From contig JAFLBQ010000003.1 in assembly GCA_017303805.1 (NCBI GenBank), positions 232,821 through 296,820 of the forward strand: a stretch of DNA of 64,000 nucleotides, written 5' to 3'. Each line of letters opens with the position of its first letter. The first letter of the stretch is position 1. This document shows, in pieces, positions 48,373 through 57,600 of the stretch. The translations under genes were made by a program, and so were the position numbers. The stretch is from Cytophagales bacterium. GTDB lineage: Bacteria; Bacteroidota; Bacteroidia; Cytophagales; Cyclobacteriaceae. The notes below the pieces were generated by a model that saw only the letters and a list, made by a program, of their open reading frames with translations, made no database searches and had not been told where the DNA came from.

Positions 48373-49986
48373 ATGGATGAGCAACTACCTGTTGAGCCGA
48401 CCACCAGCCGGTGGATAACGGTTGGCCGCAACACGGCCTACATTGCAGGCGCCTTGCTCATCTTTCTGTTTGCCCTCAACCTGATGATTTCATCGCTTCA
48501 GTACCTGGGCAAGGATGCTGAAAATCTGATTGTGCAAACTACGGCCAATCCGTTTACTGCGTTGTTTATTGGTTTGTTGCTTACAGCACTTATTCAAAGT
48601 AGCTCGGCTACAACAGCTACAGCGGTGGCACTGGTGGCATCGGGCGCTATGCCGCTTAATAACGCCATACCTTTTATTATGGGCGCCAACATTGGCACTA
48701 CCATTACCAGTACCATTGTATCGCTTGGGTTCATTACCAAAAAGAAAGAGTTTAGAAGGGCGGTAGCTATTGGCACCTACCACGATTTCTTTAACATCCT
48801 TACCGTAGCGCTACTCTTTCCGTTGGAATATTACTTTGGGTTTTTGTCAGCCCTTGCCCAAAAACTGGGTACCACGTTATTCCATGAACCCATCAATCAA
48901 ACCACCGAAAGTTTTTCGTTGCTGGGTGGCGGTGGCGATTTTCTGGTAAAGAGCCTCATCAACACGATCCAAAATGGTTTTGTATTGGTGGTGCTGGCTG
49001 TTGCGCTGCTATTTACCTCCATTATCTTTTTCAGAAGAGTAATTACCAAAACTCTGGGTTTTGGAAGGCAAGACCGGTTTCAACATTTCTTTTTTAAGAA
49101 TTCGTTTAAGTCGTTTGGTTGGGGATTGTTAACCACCGCGCTCATTCGCTCCAGTACCATTACTACTTCGCTGGTGGTGCCTTTGGTTGCAAAAAAAATA
49201 GTGCGCATTAAATCCGCACAACCATTTATTCTGGGTGCAAATATCGGCACAACCATTACTGCATTTATTGCCGCCCTCTTCAACTCTAATGCGGCTATTA
49301 GCCTGGCCATTGCGCACTTTCTTATTAATGCCATTGGTATTGTAGTGTTTTACATTATACCACTTGTAAACGAATTGCCGGGTAAATTAGCCGATGGCCT
49401 GGGCCGGCTTACACTCAAATATCGCCTTGCGGGATTTTTGTATTTGCTCCTCACCTTTTTTGTTGTTCCGTTCTCATTAATTTATTTCAATAAAGATGCC
49501 GTGCGGATTAAAGAGCTTACCTATACGGTAAACAACTACGTTACCGGGCAAACCAGCAGTTACTCTATAGTATCCAAAACCTATCCGCACCACGCTACTA
49601 CCAATTTATTGGTGTACGATCAAACCGGGGCTACCTATCAACCCAGTAAAATTCTTACCATCTATCGCAGAAACAATCTCATCTTTATTAATCAGGATGT
49701 ATATGAGTTAGGAAGCCCGGGCTTTTGCCGCGATGCCGAAGACGAGCACGGTAAAAACAAAACATGTGTAGTAGAGATCTTGCCGCAACTTATTTTGTCG
49801 GACACACTTACAATTGACTCGGTTTATGTTTTTGAGCAACAATGGTATCAGCCCGCTCGGGTGGACTCTACGCGGCAGCGCATTTATATAAGTGCCACAT
49901 TAAATCTACAGGTAAAGCGCGAAAAAATTACCGCCACAGGGCAAGTGTTGGAGCAGGAAGTTCTGGTTTCGGCAACTGCCCGGTAA
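48373..49986 (+). CDS. Na/Pi cotransporter (NptA/SLC34-like) with C-terminal soluble extension
   Basis: Two inverted repeats, QSSSATT...MGANIGTT.T and RSSTITTS...LGANIGTT.T, followed by ~165 aa of soluble sequence. Confidence 0.85.
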   Translation: MDEQLPVEPTTSRWITVGRNTAYIAGALLIFLFALNLMISSLQYLGKDAENLIVQTTANPFTALFIGLLLTALIQSSSATTATAVALVASGAMPLNNAIPFIMGANIGTTITSTIVSLGFITKKKEFRRAVAIGTYHDFFNILTVALLFPLEYYFGFLSALAQKLGTTLFHEPINQTTESFSLLGGGGDFLVKSLINTIQNGFVLVVLAVALLFTSIIFFRRVITKTLGFGRQDRFQHFFFKNSFKSFGWGLLTTALIRSSTITTSLVVPLVAKKIVRIKSAQPFILGANIGTTITAFIAALFNSNAAISLAIAHFLINAIGIVVFYIIPLVNELPGKLADGLGRLTLKYRLAGFLYLLLTFFVVPFSLIYFNKDAVRIKELTYTVNNYVTGQTSSYSIVSKTYPHHATTNLLVYDQTGATYQPSKILTIYRRNNLIFINQDVYELGSPGFCRDAEDEHGKNKTCVVEILPQLILSDTLTIDSVYVFEQQWYQPARVDSTRQRIYISATLNLQVKREKITATGQVLEQEVLVSATAR

Positions 49987-50022
49987 ACGGATTATCAGTA
50001 TATTGCCTGCCTGAATTTACGT

Positions 50023-50388
50023 ATGGAGGGCATCAAAGACACTATTTTCAAATTTCTGAGGTTAGAGAAGCTGGTGGATAATCTTTCGGGGTATCTGGAA
50101 ACGCGCCTCGAGTTATTCAAAATTGAAGTACGCGAGGATGTAGCGCGGGTGATGGCCCAGGCACTTACTGTAACCGCAATCATCTTGCTATCCATTTTGT
50201 TTTTACTTTTTTTTAGTGTGGGCCTGGCTCATTTTCTAAACGAGTTTCTGAACAAACCGTATGCGGGCTATTGGATTGTAGCCGGCATTTATGGGGTGCC
50301 TTGCATTGTGCTGCTTATTTTCCGTAAAGAGATAAGTCTGAAATTTGAGCACTATATGACCAAACTGATGAAACGAAAAGAGAAATAG
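50023..50388 (+). CDS. Holin-X / 'phage holin family' two-TM protein
   Basis: YLETRLELFKIE amphipathic helix followed by two TMs, GY.IVAG.Y; no phage genes nearby. Confidence 0.7.
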   Translation: MEGIKDTIFKFLRLEKLVDNLSGYLETRLELFKIEVREDVARVMAQALTVTAIILLSILFLLFFSVGLAHFLNEFLNKPYAGYWIVAGIYGVPCIVLLIFRKEISLKFEHYMTKLMKRKEK

Positions 50389-50389
50389 T

Positions 50390-50779
50390 ATGGAGTTGCT
50401 CGAAACACAAGATCCGGAGAAAAAAAAATTGATAGCCGCATCGCAGCGCCATAAGCAAGAACTTGAGCGCGAAGTAAAGGCCATGTCGGACAAAACCGAA
50501 AAGGCTGTAAAAAATGCACTGATTATCGGTGGCGCTTTGGCATTAACGTATTTGGTAGTTTCACAACTTGGCTCATCCAAAAAGAAAAAAAACAAACCCA
50601 AAGTATCCGTTGCTTCAAATGAGGTTGATACCGGGCCGGCCGCGTATGCACCGCCTTCGTTCATCTCGCAAATTGGTGAGCGCCTCGTTAGCCAGGCAAC
50701 AGTAATCTTATTGGATATTGCAAAAGATAAATTAGCCGAGTACCTCAGTAACCGCAAACAAAAGCATGAAGATTCTTGA
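50390..50779 (+). CDS. Hypothetical protein (coiled coil, one TM, poly-Lys)
   Basis: Clean ORF 1 nt after the holin-like gene and overlapping the next gene. Confidence 0.65.
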   Translation: MELLETQDPEKKKLIAASQRHKQELEREVKAMSDKTEKAVKNALIIGGALALTYLVVSQLGSSKKKKNKPKVSVASNEVDTGPAAYAPPSFISQIGERLVSQATVILLDIAKDKLAEYLSNRKQKHEDS

Positions 50780-51530
50780 TACACTGCAAGAGCGGCATAA
50801 GCTCGGCAAAAAATCAATTGCCGTTTTAATCGATCCGGATAAGATTGAAGACCCGGCCCGGTTAAATACCTTAATCCGGTTAGCTACCGAAAATTGTATC
50901 GACTTCTTTTTTGTTGGTGGAAGTTTGGTTACTACGACTAACCTGGCCGAAGTAATTAAGCATATTAAAGACAACGTATCGTTACCGGTGGTTTTGTTTC
51001 CGGGAAGTTCATTACAGATCGATCCCTCGGCTGATGCAATCCTGTTTCTTTCTTTAATCTCGGGGCGCAACCCCGACTTACTGATTGGGCAACACGTAGT
51101 AGCAGCGCCCATTTTAAAGAACAACCGCCTGGAAATAATGCCCACAGGATACATGTTAATCAATTCGGGTAAGACTACATCGGTGGCTTACATAAGTAAC
51201 ACCACCCCCATACCAGAAGATAAGTATTCGCTTGCTGCATGCACAGCCATGGCTGGCGAAATGCTGGGCCTTCAGCTCATTTACCTCGATGCCGGCAGCG
51301 GTGCCGAGCGCGAGATCAGCGCCAAAATGATTAGCACCGTGCGCAAATCTGTAAATGTACCTTTAATTGTAGGTGGTGGAATCAACACCAGCCAAAAAGC
51401 ATTAAATGCCCTCGAAGCCGGAGCCGATTTAATTGTAATTGGTAACGCCCTTGAAAAAGATCCGAACCTGCTTACAGAAATCAGCGACCGGGTGTACGAC
51501 TGGAATCAGAGTGTTGAGGCGCGGAAGTGA
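50766..51530 (+). CDS. Geranylgeranylglyceryl/heptaprenylglyceryl phosphate synthase (GGGPS/PcrB family, group II-like)
   Basis: LIDPDK, FVGGS, LFPG, FLSLISGRNP, YLDAGSGA, VGGGI and GAD..VIGN motifs. Confidence 0.9.
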   Translation: MKILDTLQERHKLGKKSIAVLIDPDKIEDPARLNTLIRLATENCIDFFFVGGSLVTTTNLAEVIKHIKDNVSLPVVLFPGSSLQIDPSADAILFLSLISGRNPDLLIGQHVVAAPILKNNRLEIMPTGYMLINSGKTTSVAYISNTTPIPEDKYSLAACTAMAGEMLGLQLIYLDAGSGAEREISAKMISTVRKSVNVPLIVGGGINTSQKALNALEAGADLIVIGNALEKDPNLLTEISDRVYDWNQSVEARK

Positions 51531-51535
51531 CAGTG

Positions 51536-51665
51536 CCTCACCCTCTTAATTTCTTTCTATTCCGTTAGTCTTCAATAAGATCTTGTGGTGGTCTGCAAGT
51601 TATTCTCCTCTCCTGTGGAGAGGGGCGAGATGAATTTATCTAGCAGAAAGTGTTGATGGGTGAGG
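51536..51665. repeat. REP-like palindromic element, copy 1
   Basis: CCTCACCC (51536-43) and GGGTGAGG (51658-65) form an outer inverted repeat; inner CCTCTCC-TGT-GGAGAGG hairpin at 51607-23. Same family as 61831-61928. Confidence 0.7.
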
Positions 51666-51950
51666 TTATCTCCGCACTTCAAACGTTTTAAAATTTTGTA
51701 GTGCTGCTGAAGTTGTTTCTACATTTAGCACCTGTGCACGTTCTGGGCCTTGATAACACCACGCTAAAAATTCTTCTAATACTTCTGGTGCAGCTTCTGC
51801 TTCAATGTAAACCGAACCATCGGGCTGGTTCCGCACAAAACCTTTTACTCCCAACGCATCTGCCTTTTGCTTGGCTGAGGCGCGGTAATACACGCCCTGC
51901 ACGGTGCCGGTTATTTTTAGGTTGAGGTGTTGTGTGTGCACCGCCTCCAT
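51666..51950 (-). CDS. acyP: Acylphosphatase
   Basis: GTVQGVYYR catalytic Arg, GFVRN and C..GP..A.V motifs; start placed at ATG 51950. Confidence 0.9.
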   Translation of the reverse strand: MEAVHTQHLNLKITGTVQGVYYRASAKQKADALGVKGFVRNQPDGSVYIEAEAAPEVLEEFLAWCYQGPERAQVLNVETTSAALQNFKTFEVRR

Positions 51951-51958
51951 AATTGTAA

Positions 51959-53581
51959 TCAAAAAATATAATCCGTGCTCAAAAACACCGATTCCCGATT
52001 CTGAATAATCTGGCTGATGATTTTTTTATTACCCTCGCTGGCTTTGGTGGCCACCAACGTGCGAATAGAAAATACGCGCAAAGCATCGGCTACAGACAAA
52101 GTTCCTTCGGCAGAATCTTTCCTTCCATTAAATGGAAACGTATCGGGCCCACGCTGGCACTGCACGTTTAAGTTTATGCGCCCCACCTGACTGCTGAATG
52201 CATCTATTAACCGTGCCACTTGCTTTGAGTCGTTTCCAAAAATACTTACCTGTTGCCCAAAGTTCGAGTTAAGCACATACTCAATGGCTTCTTCCTCTTT
52301 TTCAAACGGCACCACCGGAACAACAGGGCCAAACTGTTCTTCATAATAAATGCGCATTTTATTGTTTACCGGGTAAAGCAAAGCCGGATAAAAAAATGTT
52401 TCTGAAACGGTACCGCCATTCGGATTAATAATTGATGCCCCGTGCTGTTTAGCATCGTCCACAAGCTTTGTTAAGTAATCGGTTTTTCCCGGCTCGGGTA
52501 ACGGTGTAAGTCCTGCCCCTACATCCCAGGGCATGCCCGGTTTCAACTTGGAAAGTTCTTCGGAAAGTTTTTTCAAAAACTCATCGACAATACTTTTATG
52601 AACAAATAAAATTTTTAGTGCTGTGCAACGCTGGCCATTAAACGAAAGTGAACCCAGCACGCATTCACTCACCGCATTGTTAATGTCGGCATCGGGCATT
52701 ACAATAGCAGGGTTCTTCGCATCTAAACCTAAAATCGCTTTTAAGCGATGCGGTTTGGGGTGTAATTTTTTTAATTCATTGGCGCCCTTGTTGGTTCCGA
52801 TAAATGCAAACACATCTACCTTACCGGTTTCCATTAATGCGCCCACAGTTTCGCGGCCACGCCCATAAATTACATTGATTACGCCTGCCGGAAAACACGT
52901 ACGAAATGCTTCCAGCAATGGTTTGATTAATAACACTCCGTATTTGGCAGGCTTAAACACTACCGTGTTGCCCATAATCAATGCCGGAAATAACGTGCTG
53001 AAAGTTTCGTTAAGCGGATAGTTATAGGGCCCCATGCACAGTGCCACACCCAGCGGTACCCGTCTTATCTGCGCCATAATTCCTTGCTCATACACAAAGC
53101 CCGATGATTTGCGGTCTAACTCCTTTAACGAGTTGATGGTATCAACAATGTAATCGCACGTGCGATCAAACTCCTTTTCAGAATCTTTTTGGGTTTTGCC
53201 TATCTCCCACATCAGGAGGTTTACAACCACGGCTCGTTGCTCGCGCATTTTGGCCAGAAATTTTTCTACATGTTCAATTCGTTCTGCTACAGACATGGTG
53301 GGCCACACCCCATGCCCCTGGTCGTACGCATTTACAGCCGAATCTAAAGCTGCCAATGCTTCTTTGGAGGTAAGCAATGGAGTGCTGCCGATAACTTGTT
53401 GTTTCAGCGAGCCATCGGGCTGCCTTAAACAAACCGGACTTAACACAGGGCTCATATCACCTTGCCAGGTTACGAGTTTGCCATCCAATAAATATTCGCG
53501 TTGCTCCAGGTTGGGGGGCAAAGTAACAGGTGCAGGTACTTCGCTTGCCTGAGGATAAAGAGTAGTTAAAAAATCGCTCAT
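51959..53581 (-). CDS. gapN: Non-phosphorylating NADP-dependent glyceraldehyde-3-phosphate dehydrogenase (ALDH superfamily)
   Basis: GPYNYPLNE, FKPAKYG, FIGT, GLDAKNP, NGQRCTA catalytic Cys, EEQFGP and FPFNG motifs. Substrate is inferred. Confidence 0.8.
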   Translation of the reverse strand: MSDFLTTLYPQASEVPAPVTLPPNLEQREYLLDGKLVTWQGDMSPVLSPVCLRQPDGSLKQQVIGSTPLLTSKEALAALDSAVNAYDQGHGVWPTMSVAERIEHVEKFLAKMREQRAVVVNLLMWEIGKTQKDSEKEFDRTCDYIVDTINSLKELDRKSSGFVYEQGIMAQIRRVPLGVALCMGPYNYPLNETFSTLFPALIMGNTVVFKPAKYGVLLIKPLLEAFRTCFPAGVINVIYGRGRETVGALMETGKVDVFAFIGTNKGANELKKLHPKPHRLKAILGLDAKNPAIVMPDADINNAVSECVLGSLSFNGQRCTALKILFVHKSIVDEFLKKLSEELSKLKPGMPWDVGAGLTPLPEPGKTDYLTKLVDDAKQHGASIINPNGGTVSETFFYPALLYPVNNKMRIYYEEQFGPVVPVVPFEKEEEAIEYVLNSNFGQQVSIFGNDSKQVARLIDAFSSQVGRINLNVQCQRGPDTFPFNGRKDSAEGTLSVADALRVFSIRTLVATKASEGNKKIISQIIQNRESVFLSTDYIF

Positions 53582-54258
53582 GGGTTTGTGTTTTGCGTAA
53601 CAAGATTTATTCCGGATGAAGTGCCCAATCGATCGGCACCGGCTTCAATTAGTTCAACCGCCTGCGCATAGGTTTTAATTCCACCGCTGGCTTTAATGCG
53701 CACAGTTGCAGGAATTGCGCTGCGCATTATTTTTATGTGCTCTGTTTTAGCGCCTGTCGGTGCAAATCCGGTTGACGTTTTTACAAAATCGGCACCGGCA
53801 TCGGCACAGAGTTTACTGGCATCGGCTATCTCGGCATCTTTAAGGTATGCCGTTTCGATAATTACTTTCAAAAGTTTCTGCTGGTCGTGAACAAGTTTAC
53901 TGCACTTGGCTATTTCAATTTTTGTCCACGGCAATCCGGTCTTAAATGAACTGATGTTCCAGACCACATCAATTTCATCGGCACCATTGTCAATAGCCCG
54001 TTTAATTTCGTCTAATTTGGTTTCGGTCATGCTGTAGCCTAATGGAAAGCCGGCAACTGTAACCAGCTGAATTTTATCTTTGCCGATTTCGCGCTGGGCT
54101 CGTTTCACCCAAAAGGGTGGTACGCAAATACCTGCAAACCCATACTGGCGGGCTTCATCCACTAACTTATCAACAGCACCAATGGTTAAGGTGGGACTTA
54201 AATTTGTTTGCTCAATGTAGGGCGCAAGATTCAATGAGGCAGGTGGTTTAACCTGCAA
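53578..54258 (-). CDS. deoC: Deoxyribose-phosphate aldolase; start uncertain (54258 or 54234)
   Basis: VAGFPLG, GADEIDVV, KVIIET, FVKTSTGF (Schiff-base Lys), IKASGGI and RLGTS motifs. Confidence 0.93.
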   Translation of the reverse strand: MQVKPPASLNLAPYIEQTNLSPTLTIGAVDKLVDEARQYGFAGICVPPFWVKRAQREIGKDKIQLVTVAGFPLGYSMTETKLDEIKRAIDNGADEIDVVWNISSFKTGLPWTKIEIAKCSKLVHDQQKLLKVIIETAYLKDAEIADASKLCADAGADFVKTSTGFAPTGAKTEHIKIMRSAIPATVRIKASGGIKTYAQAVELIEAGADRLGTSSGINLVTQNTNP

Positions 54259-54398
54259 CGAAATTAGTTTATCGCATCAGATTATTTATCGCGTTATTTA
54301 AAAAATTCGCGTTGCTACGTTACCGACAACTAACGTTAGTCTATTCACGTACTCTTTTCAAAACAAATCAGACCGGTTATGTTAAGGGCATAGTAACC

Positions 54399-54767
54399 TT
54401 AATGCCGAATGCCGCACTCTTTACAGTACTTCATTTTGTAGGGCGGATTTTTCGTTGGCATTTTCTTATGCCCAAAGTACAATGGGTTGGCATATTGTGG
54501 TGTTGCCAGCTTTTTCAAGAGCTTTTGCTTTTCCTTTGCTGCTTTTTCGATGCGCGCATAGAACTCATACTGAGCGGTGTGTTTTACCTTCGCCTTCTTC
54601 AATAAAATTTTTTGCCTTTTGGTTTGTTGATGCGAGGGCTTAATCCGTTTGGAATGCACCGGAATGTTTTCGGGGGCTTTATCGCCAAGTGTAGTTTGAG
54701 CTATTGAAACACCAGACGCACCAATAGCCACCAGACTGGCGAAAGCCCAGGTAAGTAATTTTTGCAT
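54399..54767 (-). CDS. Hypothetical secreted basic protein with C-terminal YFGHK...CKECGIRH
   Basis: Signal peptide-like N-terminus, Lys-rich body and terminal CxxC..H. Confidence 0.7.
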   Translation of the reverse strand: MQKLLTWAFASLVAIGASGVSIAQTTLGDKAPENIPVHSKRIKPSHQQTKRQKILLKKAKVKHTAQYEFYARIEKAAKEKQKLLKKLATPQYANPLYFGHKKMPTKNPPYKMKYCKECGIRH

Positions 54768-54827
54768 AGCAGCTATACAACGCTGCCTGGTTAAGGATTA
54801 TTTGCAGGCTACTTCAGCCCGGCCAAC

Positions 54828-54971
54828 TTATGAGGTGAAATACTTAAAAATGTAATAGACCAAAGCGGCAACCCCCACCAGCAAGGCCATGTAGCCAAAC
54901 ATGCGGGCCCGTTCATAGTAGCCTTTCACAGGCATAATACTTCTCTTTTTGCGATGCGTTGTCAATTCCAA
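54828..54971 (-). CDS. Unannotated small single-TM peptide (47 aa from TTG; 35 aa from ATG 54935)
   Basis: Manual translation: (M)ELTTHRKKRSIMPVKGYYERARMFGYMALLVGVAALVYYIFKYFTS*. Confidence 0.45.
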   Translation of the reverse strand: MELTTHRKKRSIMPVKGYYERARMFGYMALLVGVAALVYYIFKYFTS

Positions 54972-54972
54972 C

Positions 54973-55089
54973 TTAAGATTCAATTATAAATCTCGCAATA
55001 AAATAAACCGTAAAGCAAACCGCTATCAGTAACGCCAGTACCCTTGGCTTGTGATAATAAACCCGTGCTGGGGTTATTTTCAATTTCAT
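54973..55089 (-). CDS. Unannotated small single-TM peptide (38 aa)
   Basis: Manual translation: MKLKITPARVYYHKPRVLALLIAVCFTVYFIARFIIES*. AT-rich upstream region contains TATCTTTA (55124-55117). Confidence 0.45.
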   Translation of the reverse strand: MKLKITPARVYYHKPRVLALLIAVCFTVYFIARFIIES

Positions 55090-55273
55090 AACTAACTGAT
55101 TTTAAAAAATTTAAACTAAAGATAATAAATATTACTTGAAATATGCAACCTATGCCTTGCCGCTCGACCAATGGCATTAACAGAAGTTAAGCTTCAGGTA
55201 AGGCGATTATAGGATTTACCGGCCCGTAAGCTTATTTATAGTTGTAGAGCGCTTTTGCAATTGGCCAATAATG

Positions 55274-55306
55274 CAAGCGGGCTGCCCCGTTGGGGCAGCC
55301 CGCTTG
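55274..55306 (-). terminator. Perfect 15-bp hairpin after lpdA (terminator-like; T-tract weak)
   Basis: CAAGCGGGCTGCCCC-GTT-GGGGCAGCCCGCTTG, 17 nt past the lpdA stop. Confidence 0.65.
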
Positions 55307-55323
55307 GCTTACAACTAATTGAT

Positions 55324-56715
55324 TTATAAATGAATAACCTCACCATAGGCAGCGGCTGCAGCTTCCATCACTGCTTCGCTCATGGTTGGGTGCGGGTGAA
55401 TCGACTTAATGATTTCGTGGCCGGTGGTTTCCAGGTTGCGGGCCGCCACCACTTCGGCTATCATTTCGGTTACGTTGGCTCCTATAAAGTGGGCGCCTAA
55501 CCACTCGCCATACTTGGCATCAAAAATAACTTTCACAAATCCATCCGGGGCACCGGCCGCTTTGGCCTTACCCGATGCCGAGAATGGAAACTTGCCCACC
55601 TTAACTTCATAACCCGCTTTTTTAGCGGCCTCTTCGGTATAACCCACCGAAGCAATTTCAGGACTGCAATAGGTACAACCCGGAATGTTATTATAGTTGA
55701 TGGGGTGCGGCTTTAATCCGGCAATAGCCTCTACACAGGTAATCCCTTCGGCAGAAGCAACGTGTGCCAGGGCAGGGCCTTTTACAATATCGCCAATGGC
55801 ATAAACGCCTGCTACATTGGTTTTATAGAAATCATCCACCAGCACTTTTCCTTTGTCGGTTTTAACACCTGCCTCTTCCAGGCCAATGCCTTCTATATTG
55901 GTGGCTACACCCACGGCCGAAAGCACAATGTCGGCTTCGAGTTTAATTTCACCGTCTTTGGTTTTTACGGTAGCCACGCATGCTTTGCCAGTAGTATCTA
56001 CTTTTGTGACTTCCGCATTTGTGTGAATAGTAATGCCCGCCTTCTTGAAAGATTTTTCCAATTGTTTCGATACTTCTTCATCCTCCACCGGAACAATGCG
56101 TGGCATAAACTCTACAATAGTTACCTCTGTTCCTATGGTATTGTAGAAATAAGCAAACTCAACTCCTATCGCACCCGACCCAACCACAATCAACTTTTTG
56201 GGTTGAGTTGGTAACGACATCGCCTCGCGGTATCCAATAATTTTTTTGCCATCAATTTTTAAAGCCGGCAACTCGCGCGAGCGCGCTCCCGTTGCCAAAA
56301 TGATATGCTTGGCTTCATGCTCTTCCTTCTTCCCATCGGCAGCCGTTACCTCTACTTTGCCGCCCTTTTTCAATTTACCGGTTCCAACAATCTGCTCTAT
56401 TTTATTCTTCTTAAATAAGAATTGAATGCCTTTACTCATGCCATTGGCAACCTCGCGACTGCGCTTTACAATGGCACCAAAATCGGCTTTGGCTTCTTTT
56501 ACTTCAATGCCATACTCTTTGGCGTGGTTCAGGTATTCAAAAACCTGTGCACTTTTTAATAATGCTTTGGTAGGAATACAACCCCAGTTTAAACAAATAC
56601 CGCCCAGCTCGGCTTTTTCTACCACCCCTACCTTCATTCCCAATTGCGAGGCGCGGATTGCAGCCACATAGCCACCCGGACCAGAACCAATTACGATCAC
56701 ATCATATTTTGCCAT
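55324..56715 (-). CDS. lpdA: Dihydrolipoyl dehydrogenase
   Basis: GSGPGGYVAA, GGICLNWGCIPTK redox disulfide, YAIGD and HPHPTMSE motifs. Confidence 0.96.
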   Translation of the reverse strand: MAKYDVIVIGSGPGGYVAAIRASQLGMKVGVVEKAELGGICLNWGCIPTKALLKSAQVFEYLNHAKEYGIEVKEAKADFGAIVKRSREVANGMSKGIQFLFKKNKIEQIVGTGKLKKGGKVEVTAADGKKEEHEAKHIILATGARSRELPALKIDGKKIIGYREAMSLPTQPKKLIVVGSGAIGVEFAYFYNTIGTEVTIVEFMPRIVPVEDEEVSKQLEKSFKKAGITIHTNAEVTKVDTTGKACVATVKTKDGEIKLEADIVLSAVGVATNIEGIGLEEAGVKTDKGKVLVDDFYKTNVAGVYAIGDIVKGPALAHVASAEGITCVEAIAGLKPHPINYNNIPGCTYCSPEIASVGYTEEAAKKAGYEVKVGKFPFSASGKAKAAGAPDGFVKVIFDAKYGEWLGAHFIGANVTEMIAEVVAARNLETTGHEIIKSIHPHPTMSEAVMEAAAAAYGEVIHL

Positions 56716-56748
56716 ACTAAAAGATTTTAGAGTTCTTTAAAACGCGGT

Positions 56749-56778
56749 CAAAGATACATTGCCGGCCGTTCTTTCAAA
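56749..56778 (-). promoter_or_regulatory. Bacteroidota sigma-A promoter of lpdA
   Basis: Minus strand TTTG (56778-75), 18-nt spacer, TATCTTTG (56756-49). Confidence 0.6.
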
Positions 56779-56853
56779 AGGTTGAATACGCGGGTTAGTT
56801 TTTAAATTCTGGTAATAATTGGCAATTTTGAAGACTTGTAAAAAAATGCACAC

Positions 56854-57600
56854 ATGACTTTACTCAAAGGAAAAACAGCGCTCGTTACCGGAGCTTCGAA
56901 AGGAATAGGCAAATCCATTGCACTAAAATATGCAGAACAAGGCGCCCAGGTAGCCTTCACTTATTTATCAAGTGTAGAACAAGGGCAAGCGCTGGAAGCA
57001 GAACTTGCAGCCAAAGGAGTTAAAGCGAAGGGCTTTCGTTCTGATGCTTCGGATTTTGCGCAGGCCGAAAAATTAATTAACGATGTGATTGCCGAGTTTG
57101 GCGCATTGGATATTCTGGTAAACAATGCCGGCATTACACAAGACACGTTGTTGCTGCGCATGAGCGAAGCGCAATGGGACAAAGTAATAAATGTAAATCT
57201 TAAGTCGTGCTTTAATACGGTAAAGGCGGCCACCAAACAAATGATGAAGCAAAAAAGTGGCTCTATTATTAATATGACTTCGGTTGTTGGGTTAAAGGGC
57301 AATGCCGGCCAGGCCAACTACGCAGCCTCTAAAGCGGGTATTATTGGATTTACCAAATCGGTAGCATTAGAACTAGGCTCGCGCGGAATTCGATCGAATG
57401 CCGTTGCCCCCGGCTTTATTGAAACCGAAATGACTGCCGTGCTCGATCCTAAAACGGTTCAAAGCTGGCGCGATGCGATACCCTTGAAGCGGGGTGGCAC
57501 ACCCGAAGATGTTGCCGATGCCTGTGTGTTTCTGGGTTCTGAGCTTTCCGCCTACATTACCGGGCAGGTAATTCAGGTAGATGGTGGCATGCTAACCTAA
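56854..57600 (+). CDS. fabG: 3-oxoacyl-ACP reductase
   Basis: TGASKGIG, NNAGIT.D, NYAASK and APGFIETEMT motifs. Confidence 0.93.
   Translation: MTLLKGKTALVTGASKGIGKSIALKYAEQGAQVAFTYLSSVEQGQALEAELAAKGVKAKGFRSDASDFAQAEKLINDVIAEFGALDILVNNAGITQDTLLLRMSEAQWDKVINVNLKSCFNTVKAATKQMMKQKSGSIINMTSVVGLKGNAGQANYAASKAGIIGFTKSVALELGSRGIRSNAVAPGFIETEMTAVLDPKTVQSWRDAIPLKRGGTPEDVADACVFLGSELSAYITGQVIQVDGGMLT

Noticed and set aside
50023-50388. Prophage remnant suggested by the holin-family call
   Set aside because: There is no endolysin, integrase or structural gene, and the context is a housekeeping operon.
54980-55177. 65-aa minus-strand ORF from the track
   Set aside because: It overlaps the better-supported 38-aa TM peptide in another frame and runs through AT-rich promoter-like DNA.
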